Assembly (NCBI RefSeq): GCF_000039765.1 | Contig: NC_004459.3 | Span: forward strand, 570,001 to 602,000 | DNA from: Vibrio vulnificus CMCP6 | GTDB lineage: Bacteria > Pseudomonadota > Gammaproteobacteria > Enterobacterales > Vibrionaceae | Direction of reading: 5' to 3' | Length of the DNA stretch: 32,000 nt | In this document: positions 10,673 through 21,970 of the stretch, in pieces | How positions within the stretch are numbered: position 1 is the first letter of the stretch | How the letters are laid out: the number at the start of each line of letters is the position of its first letter | Position numbers and translations under genes: made by a program | Notes under the pieces: model-generated | What the model was told of the DNA's origin: nothing | Databases searched by the model: none | What the model saw: the letters and a program-made list of their open reading frames with translations, nothing else

Positions 10673-10701
10673 ATTCTAAAGACACTCTTGATACATGTCA
10701 A
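10673..10701 (-). promoter_or_regulatory. Strong sigma70-type promoter for carAB (P1-like)
   Basis: Minus strand TTGACA - 17 bp - TAGAAT. Confidence 0.75.
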
Positions 10702-11014
10702 CATTTCGCTTTTAACAAAATAGCACTTTAGAGCATCTAGGGTAAAAAACAGCAAAACAGCCCCAAAAGTATAACTTTATTCAGCTTCAACCACCCAATT
10801 CATGAAAATTTTATGAAACGAGCAAAAACCAAGCAAACATAGATCACATTTTTTATTTACACCAAAAAGCAAACGTTGCGCAAGTTTCCATTACACTTAC
10901 TTTCTAGCACTTCAGAACAAAACAAGACTAAACAACAAGAAATAACACATTAACTTAACGCTAAGAAGACAAGAACTTTGAGCAAACTTTAAGGAAAAGT
11001 AGAGCAGATAAAAG

Positions 11015-11036
11015 AAGCGCCAGCATTGGCTGGCGC
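11015..11036 (-). terminator. Candidate terminator downstream of dapB
   Basis: On minus strand GCGCCAGC-CAAT-GCTGGCGC followed by TTCTTTT; 12 nt past the dapB stop. Confidence 0.75.
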
Positions 11037-11048
11037 ATAATTATTTAT

Positions 11049-11903
<855 letters not shown>

Positions 11904-11950
11904 TCAAATAGGTTCTTAAACTATCAACTATTGCAAAGCGAGACCAGATC

Positions 11951-12349
11951 TCAAGCAAACTCTTTTAGCACTCTTTCGAGAATTGGTACGTTTGCTTCTG
12001 GAAACGGGTAACGGCTCAGTTCCGCAATCGCCACCCACTCTCCCTGTTGTCCTTCTCTTCCATAAGGCTGACCGTTAAAATCCGTCACTGTGATAAAGTC
12101 AAACTTGAGCGATTTATCTGGGTAATCGTACTCTAAATGCTCAAACAGCTGTTGTTGAGTCGCCGTAATACCAATTTCTTCTTCGAGTTCACGTACCATG
12201 GCTTGCTCTATGCTTTCCCCCTCTTCGACTTTGCCTCCAGGAAACTCCCAAAAGCCACCTTTGTGTTTATCATCCGGACGCTTGGTAATGTAAACCTGGC
12301 TCTTATCTTGATTGAAAATAATCGCCGCAACAATATGGATACGTTTCAT
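11951..12349 (-). CDS. mutT: 8-oxo-dGTP diphosphatase MutT
   Basis: Nudix box GGKVEEGESIEQAMVRELEEEIG; start at the second Met (MKRIHIVAAIIF) is plausible. Confidence 0.95.
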   Translation of the reverse strand: MKRIHIVAAIIFNQDKSQVYITKRPDDKHKGGFWEFPGGKVEEGESIEQAMVRELEEEIGITATQQQLFEHLEYDYPDKSLKFDFITVTDFNGQPYGREGQQGEWVAIAELSRYPFPEANVPILERVLKEFA

Positions 12350-12361
12350 CATTTTTTCCTT

Positions 12362-12386
12362 AAAAAAAGAGCCGCCTAAGCGACTC
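12362..12386 (-). terminator. Terminator downstream of secA
   Basis: Minus strand GAGTCGC-TTAG-GCGGCTC (one G-T pair) followed by TTTTTTT. Confidence 0.85.
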
Positions 12387-12414
12387 TTAATTGATTACAT
12401 TAATTAGGCTAACA

Positions 12415-15138
12415 CTAATTGATTTGACCGTGACACTGTTTGTATTTTTTGCCACTACCACAAGGGCAAGGTTCATTACGACCTACTTTACGCTCGTCAC
12501 GGACCACTGGCTGGTGATGCCCTTCGTCAGAATCATCAGCAAGCTGGCTTTGAGCTGAGGCATGTTGAGCTTGTGCACGGCGAGCGGCTTCTTCAGCTTG
12601 TGCACGACGCTGAGCTTCCATACGCTCCACTTCTTCTTGCTGCTGCACACGAACTTTTGACAAAATCATCACAACATCAGATTTCAATGTTTCAAGCAAG
12701 CCTTCAAACAGTTCAAACGACTCACGCTTGTATTCCTGTTTCGGGTTCTTTTGTGCATAACCACGCAGATGGATACCTTGACGTAAGTGGTCCATCGCCG
12801 CCAAGTGCTCTTTCCACAATGTATCCAACGTTTGTAACATCACTGATTTTTCGAAGTTACGTAGCACTTGTGCACCAACCACTTCTTCTTTCGCTTTGTA
12901 GACTTCAACCGCGGTATTAATGACTTTTTCACGTAGTGCTTCTTCGTAAAGCTTGTCGTCTTCTTCCAACCATTGCTTCACAGGAGCATCGATATCGAAA
13001 TCGTTCTTTAGACGTTCTTGTAGGCCTTCAAGATCCCACATGTCTTCCAGTGATTGAGGTGGAATGTATTCATCGATGACACCTTGAAGCACATCAACGC
13101 GATTGTGTTCGATCATATCGCTAATGTCATCAACACTCATCAACTCATCACGTAGCTCATACACGACTTTACGCTGATCGTTCGCCACATCATCGTACTC
13201 AAGTAGCTGCTTACGAATATCGAAGTTACGTCCTTCCACTTTGCGTTGCGCTTTTTCGATAGAGCGAGACAGCATCTTAGATTCGATCGCTTCCCCTTCT
13301 TCCATACCACTTTGAATCAATGCCGCCATACGATCCGAAGTAAAGATACGGAGTAATGAATCTTCCATAGAAAGGTAGAAACGAGATGAACCGGCATCAC
13401 CCTGACGACCTGAACGACCGCGCAGCTGGTTATCGATACGGCGGGATTCGTGACGCTCAGTACCAATAATGTGTAGACCGCCCGACTCAAGCACTTGATC
13501 GTGAACTAGCTTCCACTCAGCTTTGATTTCATCAATCTGTTCTTGCGTTGGGTTAGCCATCGATTCAACTTTCGCTTGCCAACTACCGCCTAGCACGATG
13601 TCCGTACCACGACCAGCCATGTTGGTTGCAATGGTCACCGAACCCGGTTTACCGGCTTCTGCAACAATTTCCGCTTCTTTTTCGTGGAACTTGGCATTTA
13701 GAACATTGTGTTTAATTTTCGCTTTTTTCAGCGCATTCGAAAGCAGCTCGGATTTCTCGATAGAAACCGTACCCACAAGTACAGGTTGACCTTTTTCTAC
13801 GCGCGCTTTGATGTCTTCAATAATGGCAGCAAATTTCTCTGCTTCAGTACGATAAACAACATCTGGCATGTCGTTACGGATCATTGGCTTGTTGGTTGGG
13901 ATAACCACTGTCTCAAGACCGTAAATCGATTGGAATTCGAACGCTTCGGTGTCCGCTGTACCCGTCATACCTGACAGTTTTTCATACAGACGGAAGTAGT
14001 TCTGGAATGTAATCGAAGCCAAGGTTTGGTTTTCGTTTTGGATCTTAACGCCTTCTTTCGCTTCAACCGCTTGGTGAAGACCTTCAGACCAACGACGACC
14101 AGGCATTGTACGGCCAGTGTGTTCATCAACGATCACCACTTCGCCGTCTTCGTTTACGATGTAGTCTACGTTCTTCTCGAACAGAACATGCGCACGTAAT
14201 GCCGCGTTAACGTGATGCAAAAGGCTGATGTTGGTTGGAGAGTACAATGTATCTCCCTCTTCCATTAGGCCATTTTTCACCATCAACTCTTCCACAAACT
14301 CTTGGCCTGTTTCCGTTAGATGCACTTGCTTCGATTTTTCGTCGACAGTGTAGTGGCCATCACCACGATACTCTTCAGAGTCTTCTTTATCTTGCTTCTG
14401 CAATAATGGAATCAGCGCATTGATACGCGTGTAAAGCTCAGAGCTGTCTTCAGCAGGACCAGAAATGATAAGTGGTGTACGCGCTTCATCGATCAAGATC
14501 GAGTCCACCTCATCGACGACGGCAAAGAAACGCTCACGCTGAACGCGATCTTCATTGCGGAAAGCCATGTTGTCGCGTAGGTAATCAAAACCAAACTCGT
14601 TGTTGGTCCCGTATAGGATATCGGCTTGGTACGCTTCTTTTTTCGCAGGATGAGGCATGTTTGGCACATTAATGCCAACGGTCATTCCTAGAAACTCAAA
14701 TAGAGGGCGGTTGGTTTCTGCGTCACGCTTTGCCAAGTAATCATTGACGGTAACAATGTGAACACCTTTACCAGCCAGTGCGTTAAGGTAAGCAGGAAGA
14801 GTTGCGGTTAAAGTTTTACCTTCACCCGTACGCATTTCAGCGATTTGGCCTGCATTGAGAACCATACCACCGATCAACTGAACATCGAAATGACGCATAC
14901 CGTAAACACGCTTTGATGCTTCACGAACGGTAGCAAATGCTTCAGGTAATAGTTGGTCAAGCGTTTCGCCTTGTTCTAGACGTTGGCGAAACTCAACCGT
15001 TTTTGCTTTTAATTGTTCATCTGAGAGAGCCTCAAAGGTCGGCTCGTAGTTGTTAATCTCTTTAACAATCTTTCTAAGGCGGCGCAGTGTGCGATCGTTG
15101 CGACTACCAATCACCTTTGTCAGTAGCTTAGTTATCAT
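12415..15138 (-). CDS. secA: Preprotein translocase ATPase SecA
   Basis: 907 aa; [37 protein letters not shown], and C-terminal zinc motif [17 protein letters not shown]. Confidence 0.99.
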   Translation of the reverse strand: MITKLLTKVIGSRNDRTLRRLRKIVKEINNYEPTFEALSDEQLKAKTVEFRQRLEQGETLDQLLPEAFATVREASKRVYGMRHFDVQLIGGMVLNAGQIAEMRTGEGKTLTATLPAYLNALAGKGVHIVTVNDYLAKRDAETNRPLFEFLGMTVGINVPNMPHPAKKEAYQADILYGTNNEFGFDYLRDNMAFRNEDRVQRERFFAVVDEVDSILIDEARTPLIISGPAEDSSELYTRINALIPLLQKQDKEDSEEYRGDGHYTVDEKSKQVHLTETGQEFVEELMVKNGLMEEGDTLYSPTNISLLHHVNAALRAHVLFEKNVDYIVNEDGEVVIVDEHTGRTMPGRRWSEGLHQAVEAKEGVKIQNENQTLASITFQNYFRLYEKLSGMTGTADTEAFEFQSIYGLETVVIPTNKPMIRNDMPDVVYRTEAEKFAAIIEDIKARVEKGQPVLVGTVSIEKSELLSNALKKAKIKHNVLNAKFHEKEAEIVAEAGKPGSVTIATNMAGRGTDIVLGGSWQAKVESMANPTQEQIDEIKAEWKLVHDQVLESGGLHIIGTERHESRRIDNQLRGRSGRQGDAGSSRFYLSMEDSLLRIFTSDRMAALIQSGMEEGEAIESKMLSRSIEKAQRKVEGRNFDIRKQLLEYDDVANDQRKVVYELRDELMSVDDISDMIEHNRVDVLQGVIDEYIPPQSLEDMWDLEGLQERLKNDFDIDAPVKQWLEEDDKLYEEALREKVINTAVEVYKAKEEVVGAQVLRNFEKSVMLQTLDTLWKEHLAAMDHLRQGIHLRGYAQKNPKQEYKRESFELFEGLLETLKSDVVMILSKVRVQQQEEVERMEAQRRAQAEEAARRAQAQHASAQSQLADDSDEGHHQPVVRDERKVGRNEPCPCGSGKKYKQCHGQIN

Positions 15139-15469
15139 TTCTTATGAATCTCTCTTTGTTAGACCATTTCGGCCTACGATAAATGCCTTCAGTCTCTACC
15201 AGTTTTAAACTAAGGATACTGAGATAAATCATGTAACTCAGATATTGTACTGACGAGCTATTTTTTCAAGGCTAAGGTGGCAAATAATGTCGTCTAGTGT
15301 AAGGATTTTTCGTTAAGACAACCATCACAAACCCCATTTGTTTGAAGCGCTTTGAAGTTTTTATTGTTATTGGCGATGGATTCACCAGTGAAATAACCCC
15401 AAAGCAACTTGAAGCAGGCTTAAGTGGTAACTTAGAATGCATGTATGGATGTTTTTTTAGGTGCCTATC

Positions 15470-15928
15470 ATGCGTGATCATCGCCCCACTTCAACACAAG
15501 AACTTATTGACGGTAGCGGTAGCTCGCTACAAAAGATCCAGCATCATGCGTGCGAGATACTCGAGTTGAATAAAGTGTTAGCAGAATTGCTGCCAAATGG
15601 GACGGCACAGCATTGCCGAGCGGCAAATTTACGTCAGGGATGTTTGATCCTCGATGTCGCCAGCGCAGCGATCAAAATGAAGATTGATTATGATCGATTA
15701 ACGATCCTGAATGCTTTACGCTCTCGCGGATTCGCTAAATTAATGGCTATCGAAGTACGCATTAATCCTGGCCTTTATCAGCAAAAAGATCCTAAGGATC
15801 AAAAGAAGCGCGAGCCGATCTCGCAAAATGCTGCAAATGCTTTAACTATGATTGCCGAAATGGCACCACCAAAAGTGAAAGCTCGTCTCGAGCGATTGGC
15901 TGCAATGGCAGAGAAGAAATCGAGCTGA
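15470..15928 (+). CDS. dciA: DUF721/DciA family protein
   Basis: LNKVLAELLPNGTAQHCRAANLRQGCLILDVASAAIKMKIDYDRLTILNALR resembles DUF721/DciA; ATG 15461 or 15470 possible. Confidence 0.75.
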   Translation: MRDHRPTSTQELIDGSGSSLQKIQHHACEILELNKVLAELLPNGTAQHCRAANLRQGCLILDVASAAIKMKIDYDRLTILNALRSRGFAKLMAIEVRINPGLYQQKDPKDQKKREPISQNAANALTMIAEMAPPKVKARLERLAAMAEKKSS

Positions 15929-15956
15929 ATTTTGATTTGTTAATGAATCAAAAAAG

Positions 15957-15986
15957 TAAAAAGCCAGACATCTGTCTGGCTTTTCT
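15957..15986. terminator. Bidirectional terminator between convergent dciA and lpxC
   Basis: AAAAAGCCAGACATCTGTCTGGCTTTTCTTT; 10-bp perfect inverted repeat (15961-15970/15973-15982) flanked by A and T tracts. Confidence 0.9.
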
Positions 15987-16001
15987 TTATTCATTCGCTT
16001 G

Positions 16002-16919
16002 TTACGCTAAAACCATATTCGGTTCTGCGAAGGCAACTGGAGAACCAACTTCTTCTTCAAACGTTGTCCATTCCCAAGCTTCTTGATCTGCCAACACTGC
16101 GCGTAGCAATTGGTTATTTAAACCATGTCCGGATTTGTATGCGCGGAACTCACCAATAATCGCATGACCACACATGTAAAGGTCACCGATCGCATCCAAC
16201 ACTTTGTGCGTAACAAATTCGTTTTCGAAACGAAGGCCTTCTTCGTTAAGAATGCGGTAATCGTCCAACACAATGGCGTTGTCAAAGCTGCCACCCAAGA
16301 CTAAATTTTGTGACTGGAGATATTCGATATCACGCATAAAGCCAAAAGTACGTGCACGAGAGATTTCACGAACAAAACCTTGCGTTGAGAAATCGAACAA
16401 CAAACGCTGCTCATCAGAATCGATTGCAGGGTGGTTAAACTCGATTTCAAAATCCATGCGGAAACCATTAAATGGTACAAATTCAGCCCACTTGTCACCG
16501 TCTTCAAAACGAACTGGTTTCTTAATACGGATAAAACGCTTCGCTGCATTTTGTGTCTCAATGCCTGCTTGCTGAAGCAAGTAAACAAATGGACTTGCGC
16601 TGCCATCCATAATTGGAATTTCAGGAGCATCAACTTCAATGATGATGTTATCGATACCCATACCCGCAAGCGCTGCGTTCAAATGCTCCACTGTAGAAAT
16701 GCGCACACCCTCATCATTCACGAGCGCAGTACACAACATAGTGTCACGAACAGAAGCAGGATCAGCAGGAAAATCTACCGCAGGCGTTAGATCAGTGCGG
16801 CGATAAATAATGCCAGTGTTTGCAGCTGCAGGGCGAAGAGTTAATGTGACTTTACGACCAGAGTGGAGACCCACACCAGTTGTTTTCACAATTTCTTTCA
16901 GAGTACGTTGTCTGATCAT
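16002..16919 (-). CDS. lpxC: UDP-3-O-acyl-N-acetylglucosamine deacetylase
   Basis: 305 aa; [63 protein letters not shown]. Confidence 0.99.
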   Translation of the reverse strand: MIRQRTLKEIVKTTGVGLHSGRKVTLTLRPAAANTGIIYRRTDLTPAVDFPADPASVRDTMLCTALVNDEGVRISTVEHLNAALAGMGIDNIIIEVDAPEIPIMDGSASPFVYLLQQAGIETQNAAKRFIRIKKPVRFEDGDKWAEFVPFNGFRMDFEIEFNHPAIDSDEQRLLFDFSTQGFVREISRARTFGFMRDIEYLQSQNLVLGGSFDNAIVLDDYRILNEEGLRFENEFVTHKVLDAIGDLYMCGHAIIGEFRAYKSGHGLNNQLLRAVLADQEAWEWTTFEEEVGSPVAFAEPNMVLA

Positions 16920-16947
16920 CTGATTGCCTCTTTGAAGTGCTACAAAT

Positions 16948-16973
16948 CACGGTCGTCTAAGACGCCGACCGTG
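16948..16973 (-). repeat. Inverted repeat / hairpin in the ftsZ-lpxC spacer
   Basis: CACGGTCG - 10 nt - CGACCGTG, perfect 8-bp arms; no T-tract. Confidence 0.7.
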
Positions 16974-17017
16974 AATGCTACCACAATTTTGAACAGTGTC
17001 AAATTTGTGCCTGAATA

Positions 17018-18232
17018 TTAATCAGCCTGACGACGTAAAAATGCCGGAATATCCAAATATCCGCTCTCTTTTTCCTGCTTAGGTGCCGCATTCTGGCTAC
17101 CTGATGCAGGAGAAGAAGAAACAGGCGTCGATGGCTGAGGAGTAACCTGAGGTCTTTCCTGCAAAGTTTGTGCCGGTTTCTCTTCCACCTTCGCTGCCAC
17201 AACAGGTTGTGGTGCTGCAGTTGGTTGAGCGACTTTAGCTTTACCACCTGAAACTAACGTGATGTCTGGTTTCTTATCGTTACCGATACCGGTAGCAACC
17301 ACCGTCACTCGAATTTCATCCGCCATGTCTGGATCAAGTGAAGTACCGATTACGACTGTTGCGTTATCCGAAGCAAACGCTTTAACAGTATTACCCACCG
17401 TTTCAAATTCATCTAGGCGCATATCTAGACCAGCGGTAATGTTAACCAGCACGCCACGAGCACCTGCAAGGTCGATATCTTCGAGAAGTGGGCTAGAAAT
17501 AGCCATTTCCGCCGCTTCTTCTGCACGATCTTCGCCTTTTGCCACACCGCTACCCATCATCGCGTGACCCATCTCAGACATCACTGTACGAACGTCCGCA
17601 AAGTCCACGTTGATCATGCCAGGGCGAGTAATTAGCTCGGCGATACCTTGCACTGCATTTTTTAGAACATCATTCGCGCTAGCAAAGGCTTCCAACAAAG
17701 TGATGCCGCGACCAAGCACTTTCAGCAGCTTTTCGTTTGGAATGGTGATCAATGAGTCAACATGCTTTGATAATTCATCGATACCTTGCTCAGCAAATGC
17801 TAAGCGCTTCTTTCCTTCGAAACTAAACGGCTTGGTTACTACTGCAACCGTCAGGATGCCTAGCTCTTTCGCAACTTCTGCAATAACGGGAGCAGCACCA
17901 GTACCAGTACCACCGCCCATGCCAGCTGCGATAAACACCATATCGGCACCAATCAGCAATTCTTTAATTCTTTCTTTGTCTTCAAGAGCTGCGTCACGAC
18001 CAACTTGTGGGTTTGCACCTGCACCCAGACCTTTAGTGATGTTGCCACCAATCTGGATCACATTGCCCACACTTGTCTTACGAAGTGCTTGTGCATCCGT
18101 ATTGACGCTGATGAATTCCACGCCTTCGATGGATTCACGCACCATGTGTTCTACAGCATTACCGCCGCCGCCACCAACCCCAACGACTTTAATTACAGCA
18201 TCGTCAGACATTTCCATCATCGGTTCAAACAT
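17018..18232 (-). CDS. ftsZ: Cell division protein FtsZ
   Basis: 404 aa; [27 protein letters not shown]-terminal peptide [12 protein letters not shown]. Confidence 0.99.
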   Translation of the reverse strand: MFEPMMEMSDDAVIKVVGVGGGGGNAVEHMVRESIEGVEFISVNTDAQALRKTSVGNVIQIGGNITKGLGAGANPQVGRDAALEDKERIKELLIGADMVFIAAGMGGGTGTGAAPVIAEVAKELGILTVAVVTKPFSFEGKKRLAFAEQGIDELSKHVDSLITIPNEKLLKVLGRGITLLEAFASANDVLKNAVQGIAELITRPGMINVDFADVRTVMSEMGHAMMGSGVAKGEDRAEEAAEMAISSPLLEDIDLAGARGVLVNITAGLDMRLDEFETVGNTVKAFASDNATVVIGTSLDPDMADEIRVTVVATGIGNDKKPDITLVSGGKAKVAQPTAAPQPVVAAKVEEKPAQTLQERPQVTPQPSTPVSSSPASGSQNAAPKQEKESGYLDIPAFLRRQAD

Positions 18233-18264
18233 GTGTTATCTCCGTTTTTCCTGCAACTCTCAGG

Positions 18265-19527
18265 TTAAAACTCTTTTTGTATCCAATTACGCAGCTTGCC
18301 AAACAAGCCAGTGACTGCCGAACGTTTAGGCTCGTTGTAGTCACTATCATCGCTTGAGCGCATATCTCGTGCGTAATGAAGTAATCCAACTGCCGTGGAA
18401 TGATACGGCTCTTTTACATAATCAGTTAAGCCACTCACTTCTAGTGGCTTACCAACGCGAACTTGATTGCGGAACACTCGCTCCGCACATTCTACTAAAC
18501 CTTCAATTTGCGCTGCCCCTCCGGTGAGGACAACACCCGCTGCAAGATGGTGCTTAATTCCATCTTCACGCAGCTTCATTTGAACAGATTCAATAGTTTG
18601 GTTAACTAATCCCATCAGTTCAGAATAGCGCGGTTCAATCACCTCAGACAAAGTTTGACGTTGCAAACTCCGAGAGGGACGCCCACCAACACTTGGGACG
18701 TTAACCGTATCATCCTTGCTGACTAACTCACTCAGAGCACAGCCATATTTCACTTTGATCTCTTCGGCATCACTCACGGGTGTACCAAAGGCAAAAGCGA
18801 TGTCGCTGGTGACAGCATTGCCGGCATAAGAGAACACTTCGGTATGTCGAAGTGCACCACCAGTCCAGATTGCTACGTCCATGGTGCCTGCGCCGATATC
18901 GACCACACACACACCCAGCTCTCTTTCATCTTCTGTAATGACAGCATTACTTGCCGCCAAACCAGAAAAGACAATTTGCTCGACTTTTAAACCACAACGC
19001 TCTACCGCTTTAATTATATTACGCGCCATGTCGTTGTGGCAGGAAATAAGATGAACACTCACTTCCATTCTCACGCCAGACAAACCAAGAGGGTTTTTAA
19101 TGCCTTCTTGATAATCGATGGTGAACTCTTGTGGAATCACATGAAGGATTCTCTGCTCATCACCGATTTTAATGGATTTAGCTGTATGTATAGCACGATC
19201 CATATCTTCTTGTGAGACTTCTTCATCGGAAATGGTACCCATGCCCTTTTCTATGCGGCTGGCAATATGCTTCCCCGATAAAGAAATAAATACGTTGCTG
19301 ATTTGGCACTCAGCCATCATTTCAGCTTGATCGATCGCTCTCTGGACAGATTTCACCACAGATTCAAGATCGTTCACGCCGCCTTTATCCATACCACGAG
19401 ATGGGCTACTGCCTGCTCCAATGATATTAATTTGACCATCAGGCAGAATTTCGCCTACCAGAGCGGATACGGTTGCAGTGCCTATATCAAGACCAACAAT
19501 AATGTTGTCATCGGCGGTCTTAGTCAT
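18265..19527 (-). CDS. ftsA: Cell division protein FtsA
   Basis: MTKTADDNIIVGLDIGTATVSALVGE...; ATG at 19527 preferred to the track start 19602, which lies inside ftsQ. Confidence 0.98.
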   Translation of the reverse strand: MTKTADDNIIVGLDIGTATVSALVGEILPDGQINIIGAGSSPSRGMDKGGVNDLESVVKSVQRAIDQAEMMAECQISNVFISLSGKHIASRIEKGMGTISDEEVSQEDMDRAIHTAKSIKIGDEQRILHVIPQEFTIDYQEGIKNPLGLSGVRMEVSVHLISCHNDMARNIIKAVERCGLKVEQIVFSGLAASNAVITEDERELGVCVVDIGAGTMDVAIWTGGALRHTEVFSYAGNAVTSDIAFAFGTPVSDAEEIKVKYGCALSELVSKDDTVNVPSVGGRPSRSLQRQTLSEVIEPRYSELMGLVNQTIESVQMKLREDGIKHHLAAGVVLTGGAAQIEGLVECAERVFRNQVRVGKPLEVSGLTDYVKEPYHSTAVGLLHYARDMRSSDDSDYNEPKRSAVTGLFGKLRNWIQKEF

Positions 19528-19537
19528 CTGTACTCTC

Positions 19538-20305
19538 TTATTCTGACTCTTGCTCAGGGAACCAGCCAACAGCGGCTCCCGTGTCATACCTGAGGTCAAC
19601 ATAGCTGACCTTATCAGCTTTGCTGCCTAATTGGCGATAGAGCGAAAAAAACCTCGCTACTCGCTCATCCAAAGACTCTTTGCCTAGTTCAAGGCGAATA
19701 CCATTATCTAGGATGATTTGCCAAGCGCGTCGGTCATTTAATACTAATGAAGAAATCGATAAGCCTAACTTACTAAACTCAGGATTCATTTCTCGATACT
19801 TTTTCAGTACCTCAACCCCAGTCGCAACTGGCCCGTAAAGTTTGACTCTCTCTTCATTCAGTTGCGCGACGTCACCATCAAAGACCATTCCATCTTGATT
19901 GAGTAATGCGTTGCCATTCCAAATCGCGGCGGCACGGTGCTCTGTGATAAACACTTTCACCGTATCTGGCCATTGCTTGCGAATGGATGCATGCGCGACC
20001 CAAGGCAAGGCTTCCACGCTTTCTTGCAACACCGAAACGTCTTGCGACATAAAGGTGCCGATATGAGTAATACTGCCAAAGGCATGCTGTACATCATCGG
20101 CTGTGACGTACTGCAAATCCCCTTGCAGAATTATCTTTGATAAAGGCAGGCGTTGGTCATCCCACATCCAACTCAAGGTTGAATATAAAATTGAGCCGAT
20201 TAAAGCGACAACCAATACGAAAAATGCAGCGCCAATTATTTGGTGCTTTTGTCTCTTCCAGTGCGAGGGAAGTACATCAGCTTCATCAACTGCTATTTCT
20301 GTCAA
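19538..20305 (-). CDS. ftsQ: Cell division protein FtsQ
   Basis: 255 aa; single N-terminal TM, POTRA-like ILQGDLQYVTADDVQHAF, position between murC and ftsA. Confidence 0.97.
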   Translation of the reverse strand: MTEIAVDEADVLPSHWKRQKHQIIGAAFFVLVVALIGSILYSTLSWMWDDQRLPLSKIILQGDLQYVTADDVQHAFGSITHIGTFMSQDVSVLQESVEALPWVAHASIRKQWPDTVKVFITEHRAAAIWNGNALLNQDGMVFDGDVAQLNEERVKLYGPVATGVEVLKKYREMNPEFSKLGLSISSLVLNDRRAWQIILDNGIRLELGKESLDERVARFFSLYRQLGSKADKVSYVDLRYDTGAAVGWFPEQESE

Positions 20306-20386
20306 AGTTAACGCTTCCTGACTTTGTTCAAATACTCTTTATTCAGCGGATATTCGCGAGCGAAAAGTAATGACTTTAACTTCGGG

Positions 20387-20414
20387 ATTATACTGAGCTC
20401 TTGTAAACTATCAA
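20387..20414 (-). promoter_or_regulatory. Candidate promoter for ftsQ-ftsA-ftsZ
   Basis: Minus strand TTGATA (20409-20414) - 16 bp - TATAAT (20387-20392), in the 191-bp murC-ftsQ spacer. Confidence 0.6.
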
Positions 20415-20496
20415 ACATTGATAGAGAGAAATCGCAACGAAGTTATCGCAAATACGAGATCTGCGTTACTAACTGCTTAATATCCGCCACAAATGG

Positions 20497-21957
20497 CTAT
20501 TTTGCTTTCATATTACTGATATTTAGCTCAAGTGCTGCCAATTGTCGGGCGACTTTACCAATATCCCCCGCACCTTGTGCTAATAACAGATCGCCTTCTT
20601 GTAAAATGTTCGCCAATACCTCTGGCAGTTGTTGGGTATCTGCAACAAAAATAGGGTCGATTTTTCCACGACTGCGAATCGTGCGGCACAATGAACGACT
20701 GTCCGCTCCAGCAATCGCTTTTTCACCCGCCGCGTACACATCTAACATGACCAACACATCAACCTGCTCAAGCACGTTCGCGAAATCATCGTAGAGATCT
20801 CGGGTACGGCTGTAACGGTGGGGTTGGAAAATCATCACGAGACGCTTCTCTTGCCAACCGTTTCGTGCAGCTTGGATGGTCACATCCACTTCGGTTGGGT
20901 GATGACCATAGTCATCAACCAGCATTACGTTTCCGTTGCCTGTTTCAAACTCACCCAGATGCTCGAAGCGGCGACCAGTACCTTGGGTACCAACCATGGC
21001 AGCAAGGATCGCGTCATCGCCAATTTCATCTTCCGTTGCAACAGCAATGGCCGCAGCGGCATTCAATGCATTGTGGCGGCCAGGAATATTCAGGGTAATA
21101 TCCAGCGCTTCGCAATCTTTGCGGACCACGGTGAATTTTCCTTGCTGGCCTTCTTGACGGTAATTTTCAATGCGAACATCGGCATCTTCCGAGAAGCCGT
21201 AAGTAATGACTTGACGACTGATGCGCGGGATCAGCTCGCGAATCACCGGATCATCAATACAAACAATCGCCTGACCATAAAATGGCAAATTGTGTAAGAA
21301 GTCGATGAAGGTTTGCTTCAGTGTTTCGAAGTCACCGCCATAGGTATCCATATGGTCAGCTTCAATGTTTGTGACAATACACACCATCGGTTGCAAATGT
21401 AAGAACGACGCATCACTTTCATCGGCTTCAGCAATCAAAATGCGGCTAGAACCTAAACGCGCATTGGTACCTGCACTTTTTACCAGACCACCATTCACGA
21501 ACGTTGGATCCAGTCCCGCTTCTGAATAAATTTGCGTCACCAATGCTGTCGTGGTGGTTTTACCATGCGTACCAGCGACGGCGATACCATGACGAAAACG
21601 CATCAGTTCCGCCAGCATTTCTGCACGGCGAACAACCGGAATGCGAGCTTCACGCGCCGCTTTAACTTCTGGGTTCGCTTCATTGATCGCTGTTGAGACA
21701 ACAACAACACTCGCCTCTGCAACATTCGTCGCTTGGTGGCCGATATACACTTTCGCGCCTTTTTGAGCCAAGCGCTCAGTAACGGCATTTTCCGCAATAT
21801 CAGAGCCGGTGATTTGATACCCTTCATTGAGCAACACTTCGGCAATGCCGCTCATACCTGCGCCACCAATACCAATGAAGTGGATGGATTTCACTCGGCG
21901 CATCTCTGGAACCATAGCGCGAATCTGTGCAAGATCTTGCTTGTGTTGAATAGTCAT
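20497..21957 (-). CDS. murC: UDP-N-acetylmuramate-L-alanine ligase
   Basis: 486 aa; [35 protein letters not shown]. Confidence 0.99.
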   Translation of the reverse strand: MTIQHKQDLAQIRAMVPEMRRVKSIHFIGIGGAGMSGIAEVLLNEGYQITGSDIAENAVTERLAQKGAKVYIGHQATNVAEASVVVVSTAINEANPEVKAAREARIPVVRRAEMLAELMRFRHGIAVAGTHGKTTTTALVTQIYSEAGLDPTFVNGGLVKSAGTNARLGSSRILIAEADESDASFLHLQPMVCIVTNIEADHMDTYGGDFETLKQTFIDFLHNLPFYGQAIVCIDDPVIRELIPRISRQVITYGFSEDADVRIENYRQEGQQGKFTVVRKDCEALDITLNIPGRHNALNAAAAIAVATEDEIGDDAILAAMVGTQGTGRRFEHLGEFETGNGNVMLVDDYGHHPTEVDVTIQAARNGWQEKRLVMIFQPHRYSRTRDLYDDFANVLEQVDVLVMLDVYAAGEKAIAGADSRSLCRTIRSRGKIDPIFVADTQQLPEVLANILQEGDLLLAQGAGDIGKVARQLAALELNISNMKAK

Positions 21958-21970
21958 TAACCTGTTCTCT

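Noticed and set aside
10568-11048. Possible unannotated gene or small RNA in the 480-bp dapB-carA spacer
   Set aside because: No convincing ORF; contents are better explained by the carA regulatory region and the dapB terminator. E. coli also has a long regulatory spacer here.
20324-20794. 156-aa + strand ORF
   Set aside because: Mostly antisense to the murC 3' end and starts in the spacer holding the ftsQ promoter candidate; no recognisable domain.
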